64,000 nt of DNA, from positions 32,001-96,000 of the forward strand of contig CAXXJS010000030.1 of the NCBI GenBank assembly GCA_963662665.2. The letters run 5' to 3'. Below the pieces are notes generated by a model, which did not search any database, had not been told where the DNA came from, and was given only the letters and a program-made list of their open reading frames with translations. The DNA is from Candidatus Latescibacterota bacterium (GTDB taxonomy: Bacteria > Latescibacterota > UBA2968 > GCA-2709665). Of this stretch, positions 42,419 to 52,769 are shown piece after piece. Both the position numbers and the translations under genes were made by a program. Every line of letters starts with the position of its first letter. Positions within the stretch are counted from its first letter, which is position 1.

Positions 42419-43513
42419 TTAGCGGAGTACTCCCACTTCCTTCAGATGTTTGTTGATTTGTCGTCCGATTGATGCTGCCAATTTAACTGGAACAGCATTG
42501 CCGATCTGTCGTGCCATCGAGGCGAGGCTTCCTTCGAATTTGAAGTCACGCGGAAAAGTCTGCAGACAGGCTGCTTCACGGATGCTGATAGCTCGATCCT
42601 GATCCGGGTGTCCGAAACGACCGTTGGAGTAACTGATGCATCTTGTCGTTAACGCCGTGGCCGGTCGGTCCCACGCCATACGGCCGTAGACGTCGCTATA
42701 TCCCGTTGTGTTATTGTGGCATTCTAGACGAAATCTTTCCGGCCAATCTTTACGGCCTCCGCCTTCCGGCGTCGCTCGAATACGCTCCAGATTTAGTTCT
42801 GACAGTCTCGCGGCACGATGATTTAGAAAGGTCTCATGTTCGTCGCCTGCCTCGATCGGTGGAAGATTTCCGATCCAATTCCTGACCGTTTCGTAACTGG
42901 GGTTGTCCGTTCCAGGCCCGTTTGTCTCCGATGGGAGTTCGATTGGACCGTGACGGCTTGCCAGAAGAACAAGGCGACAACGACACTGCGGGATTCCATA
43001 TTTCATGGCCCGCACTTTGCTGTACTTGATATAATCGTAGCCGGCTGAGCGAAGACTTTGAAGGAATTCTCCGAACGGCCGAGTACTCGATTTCTCTTCC
43101 TCAAGACCGGCCACATTCTCGATGAAGACGATGTCTGGTTTGCAGGCTTCGACAAACTCGGCGAACCGGGACAACAGTGTTTTCCGGTCGTCATCTTCTT
43201 TTTCGATTTGCTTCCTGTTATGCCTTGTGAATGGCTGGCATGGCGCGCATCCGCAAAATAACAAGGGGTTAGGTCTTTGCGCATCAACAATTGAACGAAC
43301 TTCAGAGATTGGTGTCTTGCGAATATTCTTGAATACGTAATGAGTCGAAGGGAAATTCGTTTGATAGGTACGTCGAGAGTCAGGATCGAAATCGAGCGCA
43401 AAGACGATCTCCATGCCAGCATCCCTGAACCCACAACTCGCCCCACCGCAACCCGAAAAAAAGTCGAATACTTTGACACTCACGCCATTACCTTTATATG
43501 GGAAATTAACCAT
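42419..43513 (-). CDS. dcm: DNA (cytosine-5) methyltransferase
   Basis: 'DFFSGCGG', 'PCQ', 'ENV', 'PQCRCR', 'REAACLQTFP', 'QIGNAVP'; start uncertain (43483-43513). Confidence 0.92.
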   Translation of the reverse strand: MVNFPYKGNGVSVKVFDFFSGCGGASCGFRDAGMEIVFALDFDPDSRRTYQTNFPSTHYVFKNIRKTPISEVRSIVDAQRPNPLLFCGCAPCQPFTRHNRKQIEKEDDDRKTLLSRFAEFVEACKPDIVFIENVAGLEEEKSSTRPFGEFLQSLRSAGYDYIKYSKVRAMKYGIPQCRCRLVLLASRHGPIELPSETNGPGTDNPSYETVRNWIGNLPPIEAGDEHETFLNHRAARLSELNLERIRATPEGGGRKDWPERFRLECHNNTTGYSDVYGRMAWDRPATALTTRCISYSNGRFGHPDQDRAISIREAACLQTFPRDFKFEGSLASMARQIGNAVPVKLAASIGRQINKHLKEVGVLR

Positions 43514-43916
43514 CAAAATACCGGCGCATCGACTGCTCAACGAGATCCCGATCCGCTGTCTCACATTCCCATATAATTAAGGACTTCCAACCTGCTTCCT
43601 CCAGAGCAACTACATTTCGCCGATCACGTTCGATATTTCGTGACAGTTTCTCGTCCCAGAAGATTCTGTTTGTTGTAGGACGTCTCGCCTTCGGACAGTC
43701 GTTGTGTCCGTGCCAGAAGCAGCCGTGGACAAAGATCACTTTCCGGTGCCGGGGAAATACCAGATCAGGCTTTCCAGGCAGACCATCGTCGTATAAACGA
43801 AAGCGATAGCCCAGATTATGGGCGATTTTTCGGATGCGATTTTCAGGCTTTGTGTCCTTGTCCCGGACTCGCCCCATAATTTCGCTTCGTTTCTTTTGGT
43901 TGTAAATATCTGCCAT
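43506..43916 (-). CDS. vsr: Very short patch repair endonuclease
   Basis: 'KRSEIMGRVRDKDTKPE', 'LPGKPDLV', 'FVHGCFWHGH', 'IWECE'. Confidence 0.95.
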   Translation of the reverse strand: MADIYNQKKRSEIMGRVRDKDTKPENRIRKIAHNLGYRFRLYDDGLPGKPDLVFPRHRKVIFVHGCFWHGHNDCPKARRPTTNRIFWDEKLSRNIERDRRNVVALEEAGWKSLIIWECETADRDLVEQSMRRYFDG

Positions 43917-44014
43917 GACGTAAACGGAAAACTGATTATATAGAATAGCGAAAATGTGTTGCCTCAGACAAGGCTGGGTCTCATTCGCATGATATTTTCG
44001 GTGATTGCCGCAGT

Positions 44015-45286
44015 TTAAGCGGATTCTGAGGAATTGATTGAGATCTGTCCGTTCACGGCAGCCGCGATAAGGGCAGAGCGGCGCTCCTTGAGGAGTGAAA
44101 TGGTGCGTTCTGTAGATTTGCGGACGCTATCGATTTCGGCAGTGTGACGAGCGATGTGGTCAACGACGCGCTTCTGCTCTTGATCGGGTGGTGTGAGGAG
44201 CGGCATCTCACTCAGGTTCGATGCTGAAATCGACGCCAAATTAGTAGACTGCTTAGCGCGGCTTTCAAAATACGCCTTGGCTACTTCACTTGTAGTATAG
44301 GTGTTAAGCCAGTCAGGCGATACCCGCCGTGGTCGCACTGCGAATACGTGGTTTTGATGTAAGCAAGGGTTGATCTGACCAGTCCAGATTGCTCCGCGCC
44401 CCAGCTTGTCCGCGTCTCCGCCTTCATTCATTAAAACGTCTCCGGCCCGAAGGTGGCACAGAGAGGCCTCTTTGTTCGGCACGGAAATAGACTTCACTTC
44501 GGTAAGATCAAAGTAGCCATCTTGAACATTCGCAACCCGCAGATAGGGAAACTCCCTCGTCGACTTGTTTCCAAAGCTTTTGCCCAAGGCAATCCCGGTC
44601 TGGACGGACGCTACGAATTTGAGACGAGTCACCTTCCAATGCGCCGGGATCTTGCCTAGCCAAGAGATGCCCGAGTGGCGGAACGGGACGTTCGGGTCGA
44701 GACCACGGGTCACGGCGCGGGTGATGAGCGCACGGCGCTTCTCGGCAACCAGGTCCAGCAGCCGTACGTTCTCCTTTACAAGCTCATCCAGCCTCGATGT
44801 CTCGTGGTCGAGATAGTCGGCGATGGCGCGTTGCTGATTCGGACCCGGGATCTGAATACGTAGATTAGCAAGGAACTCTCCGTTCACATGCGGAATACCC
44901 ATTCCAACTGTCTCGGCTTTAATCGTATCTTCCTGTGATTTACATGCCCAAAACAAAAACCTCGGATCAACAAATTTAGGAATGACGAGCGCGGCTGTCG
45001 ATGAGACAATACCCCGCTTAGCCCTTAGAAATTCCCCCGCATTTGATCCATCCCACAAGAGTAAGGTGTCGTTTTCGGAAGCCACAAGGGCATTGGGACC
45101 GAGACTGACGAGCGTCGGGTCATTAATCTCTCCGCGAAGAAACTCCATCGTGAGATAAGGTGCGACTTCGACATTGAGACCTGCCTGATCAACTGAAGTT
45201 GGTAAGTTTCCTTTGTGGACATCGGCCAGGTATCGAAATCGAACTTCCTTCCACATTTCCGTGGCTGTTTTCGTAGCGGCGTTCAC
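44015..45286 (-). CDS. hsdS: Type I R-M specificity subunit
   Basis: Two TRD plus conserved-helix repeats ('QQRAIADYLD', 'EQKRVVDHI...ERRSALIAAAVNGQ'); GTGA overlap with hsdM. Confidence 0.92.
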   Translation of the reverse strand: MNAATKTATEMWKEVRFRYLADVHKGNLPTSVDQAGLNVEVAPYLTMEFLRGEINDPTLVSLGPNALVASENDTLLLWDGSNAGEFLRAKRGIVSSTAALVIPKFVDPRFLFWACKSQEDTIKAETVGMGIPHVNGEFLANLRIQIPGPNQQRAIADYLDHETSRLDELVKENVRLLDLVAEKRRALITRAVTRGLDPNVPFRHSGISWLGKIPAHWKVTRLKFVASVQTGIALGKSFGNKSTREFPYLRVANVQDGYFDLTEVKSISVPNKEASLCHLRAGDVLMNEGGDADKLGRGAIWTGQINPCLHQNHVFAVRPRRVSPDWLNTYTTSEVAKAYFESRAKQSTNLASISASNLSEMPLLTPPDQEQKRVVDHIARHTAEIDSVRKSTERTISLLKERRSALIAAAVNGQISINSSESA

Positions 45287-47268
45287 GCCGTCACCTCGCG
45301 AAGCAATCGGATGATCTTCTCTTCCGCCTTCTTCAGGTCCGCGTCGATTTCCTCCAGCGGTCGGGGTGGCGTGCATTTGTAGAAGTGCCGATTGAAGTTG
45401 ATCTCGTAGCCGACCTTGTCCTTTCCGCGGTCCATCCAGGCGTCGGGGACGTGAGGGCGGACCTCACGTTCGAAGTAGGCGTCGACGTCGTCTTTAAGCG
45501 GCACATTCTCGAAATCGCGTAGCGCGGTGTCAGGCTCGTATCCTTTCTCTCGGCCATCCTTCCTGACGGGCTCGCCGTCTGGATCTTTCACGGTGAAGAC
45601 GTCTCGGAAGAGCCTCTGTTCTACCTTCTTCCAGCGCGATTGGCGCTTATGCAGGAGAGCGCTGATATTTTCCCAGGTCGCGTTCCAGTCGCGCTGGGGC
45701 TCGCGCCCGAACACCTTATCTATGTCCTGGACGTCATCCAGCAAGTACGGACATGCATCCAGGAAACGCGCTTTGTCTTCAAAGGTCATCTGATAACGCA
45801 GGCGCAGAGGGCGCTCCACGGTGACACGGGAATAGCCGAAGTCATCGTTGTCGAAAATCTTTGAACGCTCGTCCTCCTGGAAGCGGCCATACAGTTGCAC
45901 GATCTCCTCAACATGCTCTGCGGTTAAATGCCGGCGCTTGTCGCCCAGACTTCGCCTGTTGTCTTCGCTACCGCCCGCCATCCACATATCGCGGGCGTCG
46001 ACCAGCTGAATCCGTCCTTTCCGGTGATCTTTTTTGCGGTTGGTGACAATCCAGATATACGTGGCGATGCCTGTATTGTAGAACATCTGCTCTGGTAAGG
46101 CAATGATGGCTTCGAGCCAATCGTTTTCGATAATCCACTTGCGAATGTCGCTCTCGCCGGAACCGGCGCCGCCGGTGAAAAGCGGGGAACCACTGAACAC
46201 AATGGCCAGACGCGAGCCGTGCTGGTGCTTTGCCGGCTGAACTGGTTCAAACTTATGTACCATGTGCTGCAGGAATAACATAGATCCATCGTTTACGCGG
46301 GGGAGTCCTGCGCCGAAACGGCCCGCGAAACCAAGCTTTTCGTGCTCATTGCGGACGTCGTTGCGTTGTTTTTTCCAGTCCACGCCGAAGGGGGGATTGG
46401 TAAGAAAATAATCAAAGGTGTCGTCCTCGAATTGGTCCTCTGTAAGGCTGTCGCCGTATCGGACACTATCACCGACACCAATGTGGTCGACCTGCTTCAT
46501 CAGCATGTCTGAGGCAGCAGTGGCAAAGGCGCGCTGGTTATAGTCCTGTCCATAAACGAAAAGACGCGCAACATTGTTATGCTCTCGCAGGTAGTTCTGC
46601 GCTTCGGCCAACATGCCACCGGTTCCGCAAGCGGGATCGAGAAGCTTGCGCACTGCACCGGGCGTAGCGAGGAGCTCATCGTCGCTAATGAATAGGATGT
46701 TTACCATCAGCCGGATGACGTCCCGTGGCGTGAAGTGGTCGCCCGCGGTCTCGTTGGCCAATTCATTGAATCGACGAATCAGATTCTCGAAAATAAGTCC
46801 CATCTGGTCGTTTGGGACACGCTCCGGATGGAGATCCACGTCGCAGAACTTCGAGACAACGAGATAGAGGATGTTGGACTCCTGCATTTTCCCGATTTCT
46901 GTCTCAAATTCGAAGTATTCGAAGATTTCGCGAACGTTCTTTGAAAAGCCATGGATGTAGCTGACAAGGTGTTGGGCGACGTGGTCCGGATCGCCTTTGA
47001 GCTTATCGAAGTCGAGGGGTGAGTGGTTATGGAAACGCTGGTCAGCAGCGCTGTTCAACTTGCGTTCGAGCGCACGACCTTCAAACTTGCCTCGGGAGCG
47101 TTCGTACTCAGCAAGCACGCTGGACTTGGTCGGTGAGAGCACGCAGTCAAATCGTCGAAGTACGGTCATGGGCAACATCACACGTTCGTACTGTGGAGGA
47201 CGGTACGGCCCACGTAGCAAGTCGGCGATTTGCCAGATCAGATTCGCGAAGTAGCTGTGGTCAGGCAT
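45283..47268 (-). CDS. hsdM: Type I R-M N6-adenine methyltransferase subunit
   Basis: 'IWQIADLLRG', 'HFTPRDV', 'LDPACGTGG', 'NPPF', 'GYEINF'. Confidence 0.95.
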   Translation of the reverse strand: MPDHSYFANLIWQIADLLRGPYRPPQYERVMLPMTVLRRFDCVLSPTKSSVLAEYERSRGKFEGRALERKLNSAADQRFHNHSPLDFDKLKGDPDHVAQHLVSYIHGFSKNVREIFEYFEFETEIGKMQESNILYLVVSKFCDVDLHPERVPNDQMGLIFENLIRRFNELANETAGDHFTPRDVIRLMVNILFISDDELLATPGAVRKLLDPACGTGGMLAEAQNYLREHNNVARLFVYGQDYNQRAFATAASDMLMKQVDHIGVGDSVRYGDSLTEDQFEDDTFDYFLTNPPFGVDWKKQRNDVRNEHEKLGFAGRFGAGLPRVNDGSMLFLQHMVHKFEPVQPAKHQHGSRLAIVFSGSPLFTGGAGSGESDIRKWIIENDWLEAIIALPEQMFYNTGIATYIWIVTNRKKDHRKGRIQLVDARDMWMAGGSEDNRRSLGDKRRHLTAEHVEEIVQLYGRFQEDERSKIFDNDDFGYSRVTVERPLRLRYQMTFEDKARFLDACPYLLDDVQDIDKVFGREPQRDWNATWENISALLHKRQSRWKKVEQRLFRDVFTVKDPDGEPVRKDGREKGYEPDTALRDFENVPLKDDVDAYFEREVRPHVPDAWMDRGKDKVGYEINFNRHFYKCTPPRPLEEIDADLKKAEEKIIRLLREVTA

Positions 47269-47420
47269 GGCTGACTATTCTCAACCCGAAGAGTGCGAGA
47301 AAGACAACGTCGGCAATCGATTGCTAAATGTCCGAACGTTTTGTTGGCCGTAATACCTGTAGGCTGTCGTGGCGCAGTGCTCTCTCCGTCAGTGACTGGC
47401 TACACCAGGTTATCGTACAT

Positions 47421-47457
47421 ATTTTCGCCGTATCGCCCAAATTTTCGCCGTATCGCC
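47421..47457. repeat. 17-bp direct repeat upstream of hsdM
   Basis: ATTTTCGCCGTATCGCC at 47421 and 47441. Confidence 0.75.
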
Positions 47458-47569
47458 GCCAATTTCTTGGGTAGCCAAGTCGTAATCGTCCGTGTGGGCC
47501 ACTTGACGGATCTCCAATAGAGTTCGGTCTCAGTCTATTGAAGTAAATGGGACGAATACGTCAACCCAT

Positions 47570-48868
47570 TCATAAACCTATCTTCAAGCCTGCCGCAGTT
47601 GCTTTCTTTACCGCAGAGCAGAACCTCTCGTAATCCCGTAGGGTTATCGGCCTATAGTGTGCCACTGCATTGCGGAGTTGTCGCGATTGACGCACCAGTG
47701 GAAGCCATCGCTGTTCCACCTGTATATTGGGACACTTCTGCAGCAGATATTCCAGGTGTCCCCATTGACAGGCAAAGGGCGTCTCTCTCACTTCCTGGCA
47801 TTCTATTACTGTATCCGGCTCCTGCCATTTGTAAGGCCAATTCAATCCGTACGAGTGGTTAAGGTGGGTACATAAGCCCAATCGAATTTCGTCAATTTCC
47901 GCCAAAAGAAACCCTGCTTGTCCTCGCCACAATCGATGATCCAACGTTTCCCTTTGATCCAATAGAGCCAAGACTGCACTATGGCGTTCCAGCCCATATT
48001 CCGGCGTCCAATGAACCATTCCCCGAGCCCAAATCTTATACAATGTATTTGGTAACGCCCAATCCTCTTGCCAAAGTGTGGAATTTCGGGGATGGCTATG
48101 TAGAGGCCAATACTCCAATTCCGTTTGATCCCAGCCACGTCTCTGACCATAGGCCCGCAGTAGGTCCGCTAGTTCGGCGTTATCGCGATATTCCTGAGAC
48201 CAAAGAAAATCCGCCAATCCTATATCAGAGCCCGCAATGGCTGGAATAGTGTGCTCTTTCCATCGGCTTGAGGGACCAGTATCCTGTTCGGATGCCAGTC
48301 GACACAAGAGTCGCATCTCCAATGTCGTGGGGATGCCTTTCCAAGGACGGATAGACAGGAATACATTCGTTTGGGGAAGCAGGCACGTCACTTGCGACGC
48401 TTGCGTTAGCAAACACAATGCCGGGGGGGTCTCTGAGCCACCTTCAGCGGTGGAGTCCCTACCTTGACATACCTGAGCCCACTGCACCATGAAATTTAGC
48501 CAATGCTCTCGATCTTCTTCAGTCAATTCATCGAAACCATCGAGAAACAAAATCTCAGGTAAGTCTGCTTGATTCAGGAGATTCTCTACTGTACGAGGCG
48601 CGTTGGAGGTACCCCAATCGACTTCGAGAATCAGACCTAATGCTCCAGCTGGCGTTTGGGCATCCAATTGGGATATCAAAACATCATGGATTTGTAACTG
48701 CCATTGTCCGAGTCCATCCCATAATTCAGATCGGAGCAGGCTTGATTCCACGCCTTCGGGAAACAAGGCCAAAACACTGCGGCCGTTCCGCAAGTCGTCC
48801 AGTATCAGGTCTAGCAAACGCCGAGCAGTTGGCATCTGCATTACGAATCTGGTCAGTTCCAAGCTCAT
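47570..48868 (-). CDS. Uncharacterised protein: degenerate P-loop-like N-terminus, C-terminal HEPN-type RxxxxH motif
   Basis: 'ILFLDGFDE' Walker-B-like; 'RQLRNAVAH' near the C-terminus; ATGA overlap with the upstream ATPase. Confidence 0.65.
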   Translation of the reverse strand: MSLELTRFVMQMPTARRLLDLILDDLRNGRSVLALFPEGVESSLLRSELWDGLGQWQLQIHDVLISQLDAQTPAGALGLILEVDWGTSNAPRTVENLLNQADLPEILFLDGFDELTEEDREHWLNFMVQWAQVCQGRDSTAEGGSETPPALCLLTQASQVTCLLPQTNVFLSIRPWKGIPTTLEMRLLCRLASEQDTGPSSRWKEHTIPAIAGSDIGLADFLWSQEYRDNAELADLLRAYGQRRGWDQTELEYWPLHSHPRNSTLWQEDWALPNTLYKIWARGMVHWTPEYGLERHSAVLALLDQRETLDHRLWRGQAGFLLAEIDEIRLGLCTHLNHSYGLNWPYKWQEPDTVIECQEVRETPFACQWGHLEYLLQKCPNIQVEQRWLPLVRQSRQLRNAVAHYRPITLRDYERFCSAVKKATAAGLKIGL

Positions 48869-51545
48869 AGATGTCCGATTATTCGGCCCAGGACTGGTTC
48901 AACACGGCACTCTCCATTTCTTATATCTAGGCAACCCAACCGACTCAAGAACTCCACAACCGACATACAGTCCTCGTGGGAAAGGTCGGGTGTTCCTTCA
49001 ACCAAATCGCGCAATGTATCTAAATCTTCGTACGAGAATCTTCCAAATTCCACTAAAGTCCGTAACACCGGTAACGACTCATCCTGAGAAACCAATCCAG
49101 TCTGCTGTAACAATTCGTCACCTAACTCTGATGAGGGACGGTCCAAATCCTCGATTAATGCGTTTGCGAACGAGCGGGGATCGTCATGGTCTTGGCACCG
49201 ACGCAAAAGATCATCCAGCAAGAAAGACCATCCGCCGGTGGCTTTCATCACCATCTGGTAGACCTCGGGCGAATCTAGCTTACCCGCCTGGCTTAGTCGC
49301 TGTCTTATCCCCACTTCGTCCCAGCGGCGGAGGTAGATGGGGTCAACCTTATCTTCCAGACCGGTTCGCCGGTCAGGGGGCACCTTTAGCCACGTCCAAG
49401 CAGCCTCTGGCTTAAGCAGAAAAACCACCTGAAGAGGCCGTCTACGCCTCTGGTTAAAGTCTCTGCACATTTCAGATACGTTCCAAACGCATCGCGCCAT
49501 TTCCCCACCGGTTCCGCGAAGCCGGCCATAGGTTAATGATTGCTCGACCCCTCGTTGCTTTCGGGCGTGGGAATTCAACCAGGCACAGGTTCTGTCGGCT
49601 TGGATCAATTCTTGGGCAGGGATCTTAATGCCTCCCATACGGATTAAAGCGCGGTCCAACACGTCAAACCCTAATGCTTGCGAGCCGAAGACTAAACTCA
49701 CGCCGGACCGCCCTGTTTGTTGCAGACGGCCTTCCTCCACCAGCGTCAACGGACTGTATCTTCGGCCTCGGTCGTCTAATAGTCGGTGATGACTATCAGG
49801 TTGAAACTGAGTCGGCTTAGGTTTATCCAATAGCTCCAGCAGTCGGTCTTCGATGTCCTCCTCGGTACCCATGAGACGGACTAAATTGGGACTGCGTAGC
49901 AAGTATTGATTTTCATCCAAGTTGTGTACCAATATGCCCAAGCCGACCATTTCTCCCAGCAATCCCCTCAATGCTTCAGTGTCGACCTGATCGAAACCCT
50001 GAGGCCACCATTCTCGCGCCAGGCGGAGAAGCTCGTTCACACTGAATGAACGGACATAGCTGTCTCGTTTCTCTTTTTGCACATAAATCATGGCCCACGC
50101 GATGCACTGATACCGTGAATCCAGTGCCAGAGTCCAATCGAGCCTTTCCCGAATGACCTGTCGAGCTTGAGACGATCGATATACCGCTTCGACATCCTCC
50201 GATAGTATCTTGTAAGGCGGTCCAGTTGTGGACCTTTTGGCTTGCAGCCGACGTACGAGTTCATGACAGAAATACTGTATTAGACCCGGATGGTAGTTGG
50301 TGTATGAAAGGACTTTGAGCACCGTGGTCTCATCAACGAACCGATATCCCAGCGTTTCCAATGGCTCTCGAACCAATTGCCGGGCAGACGGGGCTTCGAG
50401 TGGTCCCACTAGCAAGTTTTCCCCAAAATGCGCCAGCGGCTGGTTGGGGATATCGTTGAACCGCTGCACGTTATGTAGACCGGCAAAGACCACCTTGAAA
50501 CGGGATTGCGTATTCTGCATAAGGGATCTGAGTCTTTCGACGACTTGAAAGCTATTCTGAGCATCTGCACCCAATAAGGAATCGGCTTCATCAAACAGGA
50601 CGAGAACACGCCGTTGCGGAGATTCATCCATTGCGTTCTGCATGTGTTTGATGATATTGTCAGGCTGGTTCGCCGTTATGCTGTCCCTAATAAGTGAGTG
50701 TTTCTTAAAGCCATCGCGCAACTTGATCCATAACTGGTCGGGCTGTTCGCCCGCCAGGGCATCCCCCAATAGCTTGATGTCCTCGACCCAAGCAAATCGC
50801 TCCTGATCTGGCTGGTGAAATGTGCGCTCCACTTGGCGCAATAGAGCGGACTTGCCCAACTGTCTCCCACCGAATACGATGCAGCTACCGGCGTTTTGTA
50901 GCTGACGGACCATCCTGTCGCGGCCGTAGTACATTTCGGGCGGTACATTTCCGGCCTGGAACGGTGTATAGGGATTGAGAGCAGCGTAGGGTAAGCTACA
51001 ACGCAGGAATGCTGGAAGGCGGGTATCGTCAAACTTGGCCAAAAATACAAGTAGGACTTCATCTAGAACAACGAGAGCCAATTCCCGTTCTCCAGCGCGG
51101 GTGGCTATGTCGCGTCGCCGCCGCTCAGTTAATCGCCCGAGAAAAAAGACGATGACCGTCTTGGTATCCAGTCCTATGTCACGCAAGAACGCTCCGATCG
51201 AGGCCGCCCCGGGCCGTTCCCACAGACATACTACATTGTAGCAGCCATTGGCTTGCGAGCCCAACTGAGGGATCGGTCGTGCGAGATCGCTGGCCGACGC
51301 ATCTACCTCGCAGTGGAGCCAATCCCGGCCGCGACTCTTCACACTGACGGTCGACGCATTCCCCGGTAGATGAAAACCAAGATATGCCAACAAGACCGGG
51401 ACATGCCGATCGGCAACTGTTGGTTGGTCCTGATGGCGTTTGAGTAGGTGCCAGGATTTAAGTGCCCTAGCGGCTTCATCTCGGCGGGTTTTGGGTAACT
51501 CACCGAACGCCACCTTACCCCAAGTTTTGCCTTTCTCAATCACAC
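48865..51545 (-). pseudogene. 3' half of the IS-interrupted giant STAND-like NTPase
   Basis: 'NPYTP...YYGR', Walker A 'GGRQLGKS', Walker B 'VLFDEAD', 'TNYHPGL'; joins 52770-55389 in frame once the IS is removed. Confidence 0.85.
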
Positions 51546-51554
51546 TAGTACCTA

Positions 51555-51584
51555 TTGACTTCTAAGACTGGGCGTGCTTATAGT
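51555..51584 (+). promoter_or_regulatory. Putative transposase promoter
   Basis: TTGACT-18 bp-TATAGT; AAGGAG RBS before ATG 51620. Confidence 0.5.
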
Positions 51585-51619
51585 TCGATGTCTCCCCTGA
51601 AGACGAAGGAGCCATCGGC

Positions 51620-52755
51620 ATGCCGAAGAAATACGTCGTACGTCTGAGTCCCGAAGAACGGGAACGGCTGCAGGATCTGGTAAGCAAAGGCAAGACGCAA
51701 GCGTACCGAATCAGGCACGCGCATGTGCTTCTCAAGGCCGATGCAGAGGGTCCGGCCTGGCTGGATCGGCAGATCACGGAGGCCTTTTCGTGCAATCGGT
51801 CTACGGTTGAGGGCATCCGGAAGCGTTTTGTGTTGGAGGGCCTGGATTCGGCCCTTGAGCGAAAGAAGCGCGCCCATCCTCCCACCGAAAGAAAGCTGGA
51901 TGGTGCTAAGGAAGCCCGATTGATCGCGTTGGCTTGCAGTGAACCTCCAACGGGACGTAAGCGGTGGACGCTGAAGCTTTTGGCCGATGAGCTCGTAGCC
52001 CTGGAGATCGTCGATAGCATCTCATACCGGACGGTGCAGCGAACGCTTAAAAAAACAAACTTAGGCCTCACCTGAGAACGTGCTGGGTGATTCCGCCCAA
52101 GCAAAACGCCGCGTTTGTCGCCGCGATGGAGGATATCCTGGATGTCTATCAGCGGCCGTACGACGCCCTGAGGCCCGTTGTCAATATGGACGAACACCCG
52201 GTTCAGTTGGTCAAGGAGACGCGTGTTCCGGTCACTACACGTCCGGGCAAACCTGAACGCTACGACTACGAGTATGAACGTAACGGAACCGCCGTGAACT
52301 TCATGTTCACTGAACCGCTTTCGTGCTGGCGCAAGGTCCGTGTAAGACAACGCAAGACCGCACTGGACTGGGCCCAGGAGATCAAGGAGCTTCTGGATAC
52401 GGACTACCGTGAAGCCGAAACCGTCGTCCTGGTGTGTGATAACCTCAACACGCACACGCCCGCGGCACTCTACGAGGCGTTCTCACCCGAAGAAGCTCGC
52501 CGTCTGGCCAGGCGTCTCGAAATCCACTACACGCCCAAACACGGGAGTTGGCTCAACATCGCCGAGATCGAACTGAGTGTCTTGAGCAACCAATGCTTGA
52601 AGCAGCGCATCCCCGATATCGATTCACTCAAAGAGCAGACTTCCGCTTGGACGAATGATCGCAACAACAATAGCAAGGCCGTCCATTGGCGGTTCACGAC
52701 CGACGATGCTCGCATCAAACTGAGAAAGCTGTATCCAGACTACGCCGTGCTTTAG
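51620..52755 (+). CDS. IS630 transposase (OrfA 51620-52075 plus OrfB to 52755, -1 frameshift)
   Basis: HTH OrfA; A7C slippery site at 52049-52056; OrfB DDE 'NMDE', 'CDNLNTH', 'SWLNIAEIE'. Confidence 0.92.
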
Positions 52756-52769
52756 CCGTCAAAGGGTAC

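Larger units (their letters stand above)
51548..52769 (+). mobile_element. IS630-family insertion sequence (frameshifted two-ORF type)
   Basis: IRs GTACCTATTGAC and GTCAAAGGGTAC; TA duplication at 51546-47 and 52770-71 within CTAG. Confidence 0.93.

Noticed and set aside
44015-45286. Phase-variable hsdS (shufflon or simple sequence repeat)
   Set aside because: Single hsdS; no silent TRD copies, invertase, inverted repeats or repeat tract visible.
47421-47457. Possible CRISPR or iteron array
   Set aside because: Only two 17-bp units separated by 3 bp, and no cas or rep gene.
52049-52056. Frameshift as an inactivating lesion of the transposase
   Set aside because: An A7C slippery site at the HTH/DDE junction is the usual programmed -1 frameshift arrangement in IS630 elements.
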